DNA from: Octopus sinensis
Taxonomy: Eukaryota
Length of the DNA: 59,477 nt
Assembly: GCF_006345805.1 (NCBI RefSeq)
Contig: NW_021833095.1
Coordinates: 1 to 59,477 of the forward strand
Direction of reading: 5' to 3'
Shown here one piece after another: positions 38,571 to 51,155 of this stretch. Under the pieces are notes generated by a model that saw only the letters and a list, made by a program, of their open reading frames with translations, made no database searches and had not been told where the DNA came from. Within the stretch, counting starts at the first letter, position 1, and each line of letters opens with the position of its first letter. The position numbers and the translations under genes were made by a program.

Positions 38571-39239
38571 TAGTCTCTCTCAGTCTCTCTTTTTCACACA
38601 CCACCACCACCACCCTATAGCATGAGTGAGTGAATTTGATATAAAAACAAACAAATAATTAAAAAAAAAGCAAATGAAAATAAATTAAATAAACTCATCC
38701 AAATAAACAACACGAAAATCCAACAAAAACACCCCAAAAAAAAATCTGACTTCATTCTGTTAAATATGTGACAGTTTAATGGCCAACCCCTGTCTCCTAC
38801 CTATTACATGTCTCCTCATGTTGCCCACAATAGTGTTTCTAGTTTTGTTTTGTTTTAACTATGTACTGTCTTTTATTTCCCTATTCCACATTCGCATCTC
38901 TGTCCTTCCTTCATCCTCTCCTCTCTCTCCTTCTCTTTCTCTCTCCTTCTCTTTCTCTCTCCTTCTCTTTCTCTCTCCTTCTCTGTCTCTCCTCTCTCTT
39001 TCTTTTTCTCTGTAACCAACCCTTTTTGTCCCCCATAAACTCATGGTTTTCAACCCTATGTCATTTTACTGTGTCAATTCCTGTCACATAATACTGATTG
39101 GAATTGGCTCCTGTGTGTGTGTGTGTGTATGCGCGTGCGTGCGTATATGTATAAATTTACTTGTCTAAATCTTCTTAATTAGTTTATACACACACACATA
39201 CATATATGCTATCTGCATATTTGGTGCATATGCTTATAC

Positions 39240-39276
<37 letters not shown>

Positions 39277-39344
39277 AAATCTATATACATGCATATATAT
39301 ATTCATATGCAACTATATAGATTTTATGTATGCATGTATATAAA

Positions 39345-39530
39345 ATATATTTGTATGTTTGTATATGGTACATATATACATGTATATTGCATATATTTAT
39401 GTATATGTTTGTATGTTTGTATATGGTACATATATACATGTATATTGCATATATTTATGTATATGTATCTATGTTTGTATATAGTGCATATATACATGTA
39501 TATTGTATATATTTATGTATATGAATGTAT
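39345..39530. repeat. ~58-62-bp tandem repeat, 3 copies
   Basis: tatgtttgtatatggtacatatatacatgtatattgcatatatttatgtatatg is repeated. Confidence 0.85.
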
Positions 39531-39949
39531 GTATGTATATATAAAACAACTATAGTGTGAGTGTGTGTACACACACACATAGATATATAATTTTCAAATG
39601 TGTTCACTCGCAAGTACAAAATCACAAAAACTGTTAAAAAATTAAATAAAATAAAATAAATCCCAAAAGTTTTTATTTTATTTAAAAACATTTTTAAAAA
39701 AATAAATATTAATGTTTTTGTTTATTTGTGTATATGTATATTTATGGTTCTTATTCCGGCTGTTGTTGTTGTTGTTGTCGTTGTTATTAAGTGCTCTTTG
39801 TGTTTTAAAAAAGACCCTTTAGTTTAAAGATGGAAAAAAAAATTCAACAAAAATTGGAATAAATAAATTTACGAATAAAAAATTAAGAAAAAAATGAGAA
39901 ATTGAAAATCTTTGTAATATAAAAAAAAATAAAATATTAATAAAGTTAA

Positions 39950-39962
39950 ATAAATAATAATA

Positions 39963-39993
<31 letters not shown>

Positions 39994-40120
39994 TGATGAG
40001 GATGATAATAATGATAATGATAATAATAATAATAATGATGATAATAAAAATGATGATGATAATAATAATGATGATAATAATAATAATGATGATAATAATA
40101 ATAATAATAATAATAAATAA
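39950..40120. repeat. (AAT)n/(GAT)n microsatellite
   Basis: Direct reading of the sequence. Confidence 0.95.
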
Positions 40121-40930
40121 TCCCTCACAGAAAACAAATGGGGGGGGGAATAGTTTTCAATCTCTTCTTATTTTGCAGTACTTTGCACAAAAAAACCCTC
40201 ACAAATAAAGAAAAACAAAATTACAGTGAAACACAATTTTTTGTAGTGGTAGTCACGGATTTGTTTGTGTACGTGTATTGGTGGTGGTAGAGTGGTAGTA
40301 GTGTTTTTTTTTTGTTTTGGATAATATCCTCGTTGTTGTTGTTGTTGTTTGTGGTTATTGTTGTTGAGATTCTTTAAAGATGACAAAGTGAAATTTTCAG
40401 ATACGTCATAGAAATTTTATATAGCAATTCTTGTAATAGCGGAATTGAATAACAACTATAACAGCAGCGACAATTACAGTAATTGTTGTTGTTGTAACGT
40501 TTTATTAAATTACAATCAGATTGGTGAATGTATTTTGCTGGCTTATTGTTTGAGTCTGCCAGGCTTAGGAAACCTTTCAAAAACAAACAGATGAAAAAAA
40601 AAAAAAGTCCGAGTTTTTTACGCCCTGTCAGAGTGAATCGAAGTTTCTTTCTGTTAAACGTTGTTGGTTTGTCTTTTTCTTCATTCTTTTAGTTGTGCTT
40701 GTTCTTTTTTCCTTTCTTCCTAACTAACATCCCTCTAATTAATGTCTTTAGGGAAACACGTAAATAAATGTTGAGAGAAATTTCTTTTTCTAGAAGGGAA
40801 CATTTGGCCTCAACAAGCCACGTTTATGTACAGGTTACGTGTACTGGCATGACTGTAAGGTGATGTGGTTCACTTCGCACCACATGATTTCAGGTTGCCT
40901 TGAAATTTGACCGACGGTATCTGCACCTCA

Positions 40931-41167
40931 AGGCGGCGAGCTGGCAGAAACGTTAGCACGCCGGGCGAAATACGTAGCCGTATTTCGTCTGCCGTTACGT
41001 TCTGAGTTCAAATTCCGCCGAGGTCGACTTTGCCTTTCATCCTTTCGAGGTCGATAAATTAAGTACCAGTTACGCACTGGGGTCGATATAATCGACTTAA
41101 TCCGTTTGTCTGTCCTTGTTTGTCCTCTCTGTGTTTAGCCCCTTGTGGATAGTAAAGAAATAGGTAT
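40931..41167 (+). mobile_element. Full-length young family B tRNA-derived SINE with 15-bp TSD
   Basis: aggcggcgagctggcagaaacgttagc...gagttcaaattcc...gtaaagaaataggtat. TSD ggtatctgcacctca at 40916-40930 and 41163-41177. CpGs are intact. Confidence 0.95.
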
Positions 41168-41749
41168 CTGCACCTCACCTTTATGTATATATGTATGTAT
41201 ATATAATGTATGTGTGTTGGCATTTCGGTTTCCTTTACATTTTACGTTGATATAGTGTAAAAGGGCAAAATCCCTAAAAAAAAGAACGTATTTATGTTAT
41301 ATAACATAGCTGTTTGACAAATAGATACCGATAAGTAGCAATCTTAAATATAACGACTAGTATCGAAACCCATCCTACCTTTCTTAAAAAAGCATAGGAA
41401 AGATATAATAGATGATGATGTGCTATATATAGTCCTAAAAATATGGCTTGGTCATGGATGGAAAGTGTGAACGATTAGGCATCAGGGGTTGAGGTATGCA
41501 TTTAGCATTAAGTTCTACACTAGTTTAATTGTTGGGTTGCTTGGTCCTGATGAGATTCCGCCAGCAAAGAAATAAATTTATACTTCTTGGAGAAAAAGTG
41601 AGATTTACGAAGACATTGTCTATATGCGTCGTTCATTGTCTTAAAAGTCCTGGAGATCTACTCTGTTTTCTAAATAGTTTTTCATGAGATTACCGAAAAA
41701 GATAGTAAAGGCTTTGTTGAAAGGAACATTGTAAATCCTGTTCAGTATG

Positions 41750-42103
41750 GTGATCTCATTCTCGCTCACAACATCATAAGCGGAAAGTGTAACCTCTCGA
41801 AAGAGCTGTTCTTCACTCCTGCTTCAGAGCGTCGGCTGCGGGGTCACTCTGCAAAGCTCTATCTACGACGATTTCATCTCAATCGAAGGAGAGGGGCTTT
41901 CTCCGTCCGGGTTGCGGATCCGTGGAATAAGCTGCCGGACGAGATAGTGAAGATGCCGACGATCGCTCGGTTCAAAGTTTCTCTTGGCCAGAAATGGCCT
42001 GAACTCTTTGTATGACCACCCTCCCTATACATAACTCCCTGTCCCCCTACATGGCCTTGCTTTTGCTTTTTGAGCCAATAAAAATTGAATTGAATTGAAT
42101 TGA
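41750..42103 (+). mobile_element. 5'-truncated CR1-clade LINE: ORF2 C-terminus, 3' UTR and (TTGAA)n tail
   Basis: 41749-42015 translates to GDLILAHNIISGKCNLSKELFFTPASERRLRGHSAKLYLRRFHLNRRRGAFSVRVADPWNKLPDEIVKMPTIARFKVSLGQKWPELFV*, carrying the CR1 ORF2 end motifs GDLI, RGH..KL and FS.RV..WN.LP. TSD agtatg at 41744-41749 and 42104-42109. Confidence 0.92.
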
Positions 42104-43549
42104 AGTATGTCACGATGAGTAAAAAAGAAACAAAAAAGGTTGGGGGGAAAATACGGCCAGTTTGGACAAGACTTTTGCTCACACTGTCAAGCTCGAAGAC
42201 TTTTTGTTTTAATTTAATTGCTTCTGATCATTGTAGTCTATAAACTGCTATCGAGGAAAGGCAGAATCTCCTCTGTGGACAGGTGGTTTGATTTTGGTGG
42301 TTGTGAGAGTGTGTCTGGTATAGGGATGGCGCAGGTGTATGCCTGTCTGAGTGCTATAATGTTGGAAGTTATTGTCTAGACAGGAGTAACTAACTTTAAC
42401 GTTATATACCAAAATCGACTTTACTTTTCCTCTATCGGAGGTCGATAGTATAAATTAGCAAGTAGTCAAAGAATAAACTACTTGTTAAATATAATCGGGC
42501 TATCACCACCCCACGCGCTTTCAATATGTGTGGGCTTTATAGTTAAGGTAGCAATTATTATTGTTATTATTTTCATCAAGTTTGAAATGTTATTCCCATT
42601 TCAACGCGTTTACAAATCTTGATTTATCTTCGTCTCCACCCACCTCTCAATCCAGTTCTACTCTCTCTGTATCTTTCTCCTTCTCTCGCCTCCGCCCCGC
42701 TTTTTTCTTTCTTTCTTTCGGCATCGTATTTCTCTTATCCCCTCTTATCTATCATCATCCTTTCGTTATCGCTACGGAAGGGAGTTATTTTATTTATTTA
42801 TTTATTTTATTTATTTAGAATTGCCCAAAATGCTTATCCCTTAAAATTTTTTAGTTGAAATACTTTTCATACACATTTTACTCCCAATTAGTCGAGGGAG
42901 TTGAAGGACGGATGGAATTAATGATGGCGGCGGTGGAAGTGGTGGCGCGGGAATTTAATTACAATTTCACTAAAGGCTAAACCAGCAACTGTGATAGTGA
43001 CGGCGCTGGCTGTGCAATTGATGATGGTGGTGGTGGTGGTCGTGGCTGGATGTTATTTATCTATTATTTATTTAATCTCTTGAAGGAAATAAAACTAACA
43101 GGAGGAATTCATATTAATCCCTTCCCCATGGTCAATTCTAATGAAAGGCGCTGCAGACATGACCATCCCTCCATTGCTTTCAGGCATTGGTAAGAGACGA
43201 TTGGTGTAAATTCTAAAAGAGACTTGACTACCATTTCTAGCATATCACTCGATCACGTAAAGACTTCCTTGTTAGCTCTAGTGAATGTATGTGGAAGGAA
43301 ATCCATCCATTCATTCATTTCCTTCGTTTGTCTACACCAGTTCATTTTCTAACCCACTCATTCTTTAATTCACACACACACACACACACACACGCACACA
43401 CACACGCACGCACACACACACAATACACACACACACACAAACACTAACCTCTTTCACACACACACACATACTACCTCTCTCATTCACCCTCTCTCAGTCA
43501 AAATTTAATTCACTCTTTCTCTCTCACTCACTCTCTTATTCACACACTC

Positions 43550-43770
43550 TTCTCTTTCACTCCCTCCCTAATTCTCTTTCATTCACTCCTTTATTCTCTT
43601 TCATTCACTCCCTCCCTTATTCTCTTTCATTCACTCCCTCCCTTATTCTCTTCCATTCACTCCCTCCCTCCCTTATTCTCTTTCATTCACTCCCTTCCTT
43701 ATTCTCTTTCATTCACTCCCTCCCTCTGTTATTCTCTTTCATTCACTCCCTCACTCATTCTCTTTCATTC
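43550..43770. repeat. ~22-30-bp pyrimidine minisatellite (TTATTCTCTTTCATTCACTCCCTCCC)n, ~8 units
   Basis: Direct reading of the sequence. Confidence 0.9.
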
Positions 43771-44059
43771 AACCTCTGATTCAGCCACTCACACACACAC
43801 ACACACACACACTCTCTCTCTCTCTCTCTTCATTCGCATCCCCTCCTCTCTTTAATTTACTCATTCACTCAATGGTTTTCTCCTCTCTCTTATTCCCTCA
43901 CTTACAACCTCTTTCCCTCTCACCTTCCTCTCTTATTAGACAGATGAACTGGCTTGACCAATCGACTGAAATGGCATTTTATTGCTTTTCGGCTTTCGAA
44001 CTTTGTACATTAATTAATAAAGTTTACCTACCTATCTCTCTTTCTTTCTCACACATATA

Positions 44060-44129
<70 letters not shown>

Positions 44130-45145
44130 CTTTCTCTTTCTTTCTCTCTTAGCAAATGATAACCGAACTGAAACTAACCGACCCGAACCGGTTTCCCTAT
44201 CTCTCTATCTCTCTTCCTTCCTTCCTTCCCTTCGATTCGATCATCTATGACCTATTCCTTCCTTTTCTCTCTCTTTCACTCTCTCTCTCTCTTTCACTCT
44301 CTCTCTCTCTCTCTCTTCACTCTCTCTTTCACTCTCTCTCTCTCTCTTTCACTCTCTCTCTCTCTCGTCCAGTGGAGTGAGTGGAAAGGACATACACACG
44401 ACTAAAGTAATTAGTCCAGATGCATTCAAGCGTGCAACCGAATCCATCGTCCCCGCAACCCCCCCCACATACACACTGCAAGCGCAGGCGCGCACATTAC
44501 TCCCAACAAACCTCATCACAAAACCCAGCCTAACCTCAATCTCATTTACACTACTCCATCATCACTATTAAGAACCCAGCGCCACCACCATGCAAAGATG
44601 TTAAGAGGACCACGGCGGCCTTTGGCAATAAATAAATAAACAAAAAGAAATAAAAATCACGCTTTTTGAACTCGTTACTAAATTATGCACGAGTGTGGTG
44701 TGATTGATTTAATCCATTTTTGCCTTAATTCACACACAAACCACCATCCCCCTACCACTACTATTAACCAGCCAGCACTCGTCAGGCAATATCTAACCGT
44801 TTACCTCCCTTTCTTTTACCGCTTTCTTGTCTATATGCATATATGTATGTGTGTGTGAAACAGTATGATACGGTCGAGTGATTCTCGTTTGTTTATCAAT
44901 TGTCTCATTTTCGTATGATACGGTCAAGTGGCTGTCACTTGGAAGCGTTTGTCGCCGTCGTCTCTTTTGGCTTATTTATTAAATCTGTCCTAAATAATCG
45001 CGTATCCCTATCTACATCGCATGCAAAGTCCCACGTTTTATTTTCGCTTTTGTTGTTCGACCCTTCTGTTTAATGTGTATATTTTCGTGTGTATATATAT
45101 GTTTGTAAATTTGTGTGTGTGTGTATACATATATACACACACACA

Positions 45146-45491
45146 CTTGCTTACGAACCACATGGTTCCGGGTTCAGTCCTCTATAGCCTCGGGCCGACC
45201 AAAGCCTTGTGAGTCGATTTGGTAGACGGAAACTGAAAGAAGCCCGTCGTATATATGTATATGTATGTATGTGTATATGTTTGTGTGTCTGTGTTTGTTT
45301 CCCCCAACATCACTTGACAACCGATGCTGGTGTGTTTACGTCCCCGTAACTTAGCGGTTCGGTAAAAAAAGACCGATAGAATAAGTACTAGGCTTACAAA
45401 GAGTAACTCCTGGGGTCGATTTGCTCGACTAAAAGGTGGTGCTCCAGCATGACTACAGTCAAATGACTGGAACAAGTAAAAGAGTAAAGAG
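45146..45491 (+). mobile_element. Family A SINE with a small internal deletion
   Basis: cttgcttacgaaccacatggttccgggttcagtcc joined directly to tctatagcctcgggccgacc. Normal 3' end gtaaaagagtaaagag. Confidence 0.9.
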
Positions 45492-45810
45492 TATACGTAT
45501 ATTTTCGAGTAACTGCATGTGTATATAACGCATTGCATGCACGTCAAAGTCACTACCACCTAAACAGGGGTACTTCTACGTGGTTGCTTTAACTGTTTGA
45601 AACAGAAATAGTTAGACATTCCTTGTATCACTTCCTGCTGTCTTAAAAAAAAAGGCGGGGCTCGTTAGGTAATGTACTTTTAAAAATCATAAGAAACACT
45701 GCTCGTATTAGCTAGTGTGATGAAATTTGTGTGATGAAATTTGAAGCAGATTTGGTTGCTTTGTCTAGCCGTAGACCGGCTCTGTTTTGGGGTTTCCTCA
45801 GTGGCCCCGA

Positions 45811-46278
45811 GTTTGTAATATATTTGTTGTTGTTTTTTTCTTCAATTTCTGCAATTTCAACCAATCACGAGGGACATATTCATACGGCACAGAATGCTTT
45901 TTAAATCAATAGACGTCACTAATTGGTTGAAATTGCAGAAATTGAAGAAAAAAAACAACAAATATCTTACAAACCATAGAATTTTCTCAATAAAGCCAAG
46001 AGAAAAAGATGTTTTATAAACACATTCTACCAGTATACGAAGTTTAAAAGTGTTTAGTTACCTAGAAATTATGTTAAAAACTGCCGTTCAAACCGAAAAG
46101 ATCCTAAACGCCGACTTAGAGATACTAAGAATCAGTGAACTAGACAGAGTACAAAATGTGTGTAAAGCCAAGATAAAAAGATGTTTTATAAACACATTCT
46201 ACCAGTATACGAAGTTTAAAAGTGTTTAGTTACGTGGAAATTATTTAAAAAAAACTGCCGTTCAAACCGAAAAGATCC
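45811..46278. mobile_element. Long-TIR non-autonomous DNA element: truncated left arm, duplicated right terminus
   Basis: Inverted repeat at 45811-45865 / 45922-45974. Direct duplicate of a ~115-bp end (taaagccaag...gttcaaaccgaaaagatcc) at 45991-46104 and 46163-46278. Confidence 0.7.
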
Positions 46279-46794
46279 AAAAACAGTTTGGGAAATACTA
46301 TTGTAGAGGCTCCTTTAGTCGACCACCTATATGCCTTATAACTGCACCATCATAGCTGGCCTAGGGTTATAGGGCTACGTAACAACAACGACAATAACTC
46401 GTCGCCATATGCGTGCTGCTTCGTTTTCATTTCTGAACGGTTCGGGTTACGCTTTCATATTTAGAGCCATTAACTTCCATCTCTTATCTAAAAGCCATCT
46501 GAATAATAACAACTTAAATGGCGATTCCCACAGGTTTATATGCTTATCTGTCCCTACTCATCTTTGTCTTACTCTCAATTTTGTGATTAACTATTCATTG
46601 ATCGAGTTGTTTCTTTCCATCGATCGAGCAGTACATTCTATCTATTTAGCTATCTCGTTGGTTGACGTTGTTATTATGTCTTTGTGTTTATTATGCTTCT
46701 ATATCTCTATATCTGTCAATCCATCGCGAAATGCTATGGCGATTCTTGTGCGCCAGCTATCTTTAACCAACCAACCAACCAACCAAGGCCCACG

Positions 46795-46868
<74 letters not shown>

Positions 46869-47086
46869 GCCTGTCTGTCTGTCTGTCTGTCTGTCTCTCT
46901 ATCTGTCAGTCTCTCTATCAGACTGTCAATCTACCAGTCTATCTATCAGTCTGTCTGTCTGTCTATCTATAAATCTCTCTATCTATCAGTCTATCTATAA
47001 ATCTCTCTCTCAGTTAGTCGGTCTGTCATACCGTATTTCGTTTTACAACCACAAACTACTAACTATATTAACGATGCATGACTCAA

Positions 47087-47612
47087 TACCTATTTCTTTA
47101 TTACCCACAAGGGGCTAAACATAAAGGGGACAAACAAGGACAGACATAGGTATTAAGTCGATTACATCGACCCCAGTGCGTAACTGGTACTTAATTTATC
47201 TATTTCTTTACTACCCACAAGGGGCTAAACACAGAGAGGACAAACAAGGACAGACAAACGGATTAAGTCGATTATAACGACTCCAGTGCGTAACTGGTAC
47301 TTCATTTATCGACCCCGAAAGGATGACAGGCAAAATCGACCTCGGCGTAATTTGAACTTAGAACGTAGCGACAGACGAAATACCTATTTCTTTACTACCC
47401 ACAAGGGGCTTAACACAGAGAGGACAAACAAGAACAGACGAACGGATTAAGTCGATTATATCGACCCCAGTGCGTAAATGGTACTTATTTAATCGACCCC
47501 GAAAGGATGAAAGGCAAAGTCGACCTCGGCGGAATTTGAACTCACAACGTAAAGCAGACGAAATACCGCAAAGCATTTCGCCCGGCGTGCTAACGATTCT
47601 GCCAGCTCGCCA
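47087..47612 (-). mobile_element. Family B SINE with two head-to-tail 3'-partial duplications
   Basis: The tail ctatttcttta(c/t)tacccacaagggg occurs at ~47090, 47200 and 47384. A complete head exists only at 47560-47612. Confidence 0.92.
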
Positions 47613-48294
47613 CCTCGGAACCGAAATACCTTTACGCAGTTGCATCACTCACCTGATAAAGCATGAACCCCTGCGTTCGGAGATGTAGAGAGTACAGCCG
47701 CACCCTGTGTACTGAAACTTCCAGACGAAAATGTAAATCATAAATGGAACGCCACCTCCTTTACTTCCCCCCCACCCTCCACTCCTCACTCTTTATTTCA
47801 GTTATAAAATACAGAAACCTTTATGTTCTTTCCTTTCACCTACCCTCGTACCCAAAGCGAGAGAATGCTCTGAAATAATATATACCAATTAATCCTTAAG
47901 TATTTTATCTATCTAGGCGTGTAGTTTATATTCTTATCTGCGAGTTTGATTCTTCCTGTCGGCAGCGTGTATTTTTTTTTTCTTTTGTTTTCAATTTTCT
48001 TTCTTTTTTTTTTGGTAGGGTAGGTTCTGCGTGTTGTATATGAAACCTTAAAGTTGGCAGATTTTTCCTTCTTTTTTTTTTTTTTCACGCAACCACCTGC
48101 AACAGACATCTGACGGGCGAAATCGCAGAACAATTCCTATTACCGAGCTTATGATGCAATGAAAATTTTATAGTTTTATTTTCGATTAGACTCTTTTGAA
48201 GAATGAATGATATACCCACCGGTGTACTTATATCTATATGTGTCGTATATATGTGTTTGTGTGTATTTAGATTTATGTGTGTGTATACATACAC

Positions 48295-48362
<68 letters not shown>

Positions 48363-48401
48363 ATCTATCTATATCTATCTATCTATCTACCTACACACAT
48401 A

Positions 48402-48804
48402 TAGGCGTAGGAGTGGCTGTGTGATAAATAGCTTGTTTACCAACCACATGATTCCGGTTTCAGTCCCCACTGCGTGGCACATTGGGCAAGTGTCTTCCTA
48501 CTATAGCCTCGGGCCGACCAAAGCCTTGTGAGTGGATTTGGTAGACGGAAACTGAAAGAAGCCCGTCGTATATATGTGTATGTATGTGTGTGTGTTTGTG
48601 TTTCTGTGTTTGTCCCCCTAGCATTGCTTGACAACCGATGCTGGTGTGTTTACGTCCCCGTAACTTGGGGGTTCGGCAAAAGAGACTGATAGAATAAGTA
48701 CTAGGCTTACAAAGAATAAGTCCTGGGGTCGATTTGCTCGGCTAAAGGCGGTGCTCCAGCATGGCCGCAGTCAAATGACAGAAACAAGTAAAAGAGTAAA
48801 GAGT
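48402..48804 (+). mobile_element. Full-length family A tRNA-derived SINE
   Basis: ggcgtaggagtggctgtgtgata (A box region)...ggtttcagtccc (B box region), CORE-like ttgggcaagtgtctt, central (TG)n, tail gtaaaagagtaaagag. Confidence 0.93.
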
Positions 48805-49901
48805 ATATATGCACACACATCGATACATACACACACGTATAAGTTTTGTATGTTCAAACATTAACTGACAAAGCACACACATTTTACAAGGAAAAGGTTG
48901 ATAACGACGTCAAGTTTTTGCCATTGGTTGGCGTCGCCACTGTCAACCTTATCCTCGTGTGTATGTACGCATGCATGCATGCATGCACAAAAGCACATAT
49001 AGCACCTTTATATACGCATAAACACAGCAGTTCTTACATTCCGTTGTGCATTCTTGAAATCATGGTCGACCGGTTCAGAAGTTCGTTTCGCAATCCAAGT
49101 GGTTCCGGGTTCAAGTCCTACCACGCAAACCAAACCACGTAGTACTTTTTAGCGAAGCGAAGTGTCTCTTTAACATAGTTCTCAGATCAAGCAAAAATGT
49201 CTTTTAACGGACATTCCTGAGCATTGTTGTTCTGTACTCATTGTCCATATATTCAGGCGAGCGTGCGCACGGCCCCTGTATGTATGTATGTGTGTGTGGT
49301 CGGTTGGCCATTTTCTTACAGTTGAACGAGGTCCTTTTCTTTATTGTGTACGGATAGCTTTTATCTTAATAGATGTAAAAACACACAAAGAAACCCACCC
49401 CCGACAGAGGTGTGGGCGGGGAAGGACTTTGGTATGTTTCTCTGTGGAGAAGTATGGCTTTTCTGTCTCACACCACAAACATACACCACACGTTTTATAT
49501 CATAAAAGTCTTGTTTTCTTTTTATGAATGTCCATTTAGCTAATTCCATTTTCTCTCTCTCTCTCTCTCTCTTCTACCTCTCTCTCTTTTATCCCACCCC
49601 CATCTCTCTCCCCCTTTTCTCTTTGCTCTCGTTCACTTACTCTTAATTCTTTGCCCCAATTCTTTGTTTTGGCTCTCTAAACTCTGGCATACCACCATCA
49701 ACATTCCATCTCATTTCTGTCTATGTATGTATGTATGTATGTATGTCTCTCTCTCCCTGTCTATCTGTTTGTGTGCGTATCTCTCTCTCTTTATATATAT
49801 ATGTTGTGTGTGTGTGTACATATATATATACATTAGTACGTATCTGTGGTGTTTGTTGTATGTTATATATATGTTGTGTGTATATATATATAATACATAT
49901 A

Positions 49902-49940
<39 letters not shown>

Positions 49941-50052
49941 TATATATGTGTGTATATATATGTGTGTATATATATGTGTATATATATATGTGTGCATATA
50001 TATATATATATAAATTAGAGATAAAACCACTATTAGGCAAATCATATATATA

Positions 50053-50098
<46 letters not shown>

Positions 50099-50458
50099 TG
50101 TGTGTGTGTCTGTGTCTATACGATAAATATAAACGTGTATATCTAAATGTTTGTGTATGAATGAATAAATGTATGTGTGTATACACACACACACACACAC
50201 ATTCGTGTGTGGATGTATATGTGCCTGTGTGTGTATGTGTGTTGGTGGTGGGCTTTCACAAATCATTCTGATTTTTATTTTAGATAGAAAACAATACAAC
50301 TTCTTTCATTCTTCTTTTGCCTCCCTTCTCACATAACATTAAACCGAACATGGCAAAATATATCACTCGATGCCTCCCAATGCCACGTTTTTAATTACCG
50401 CCGTAATTCTTCATTTTCTTTATTAGTGTTTGACTGCCAATTGGCAGTCTCGTTAGAG

Positions 50459-51155
50459 CAGGGGTTCTCAACCATTTTTTGTTTTTTTATCGAATGGGCC
50501 CCTTTGATTGCTATTTTATTCTGGTGAACCCCCATAGCCATTCGATATCCGTGTCTATCGATACTGGAAAAAGGTTTAAATGGCAAATATACGTCACGAT
50601 TTTCTGTAGCTACTCTTTATAACTCGCTCTAAGATTTATTATTGCTTATTTACACTTTTTCGGTATCAGTCTCTATCGATACTGGAAAAAGGATAAGTAT
50701 TTGTGAAGGGAACCTACTTCTCATCGACAACTGTGATTGTCACACGCCGATGACGGGTCAATACCCAGAAACTCGAGTCCATGTGTATCATAAGTTGAAG
50801 ACGGGAAGGATGGCTTCCCTTTGCAGATACTGATAGGGCACAGAAAGTGTGTCTATAGCCAACTGGAGGAGGTGTCCTCCTGGGGCTACAAACTACTGTA
50901 GCATCCACCCTTAGGAGTTGGCCATACTTAGATGGCAAATATACGTTTTAAAACAGTTTTATAGAAACTTCTTTCAGAATTCCTAGGTTAAGCCATGTAA
51001 AATGTTAGAGAAAGTAACCTAACTGCTTCTTGCAATACATAACCAATTTATACATCTATAGCAATTTTTTTTAGATACCCAATTTTGTTGTGTGGATTCC
51101 CATAAATCTCATATGGACTCTCAGAGGCCACGTGGACGCCTGTTGAGAACCACTG
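50459..51155. mobile_element. hAT (Charlie/MER5-like) MITE
   Basis: TIRs caggggttctcaac and gttgagaaccactg. 8-bp TSD cgttagag (50451-50458) and cgtcagag (51156-51163), one mismatch. Confidence 0.88.

Noticed and set aside
41545-41575. CTGATGA...GAAA at 41547 (also CTGATGA at ~52048)
   Set aside because: No helix II pairing between the boxes at 41547, and no GAAA at 52048.
47970-48180. Pyrimidine tracts followed by AG as exon acceptors (also ~3302 and ~40178)
   Set aside because: No convincing paired donor or recognisable reading frame. T-rich tracts are common here by chance.
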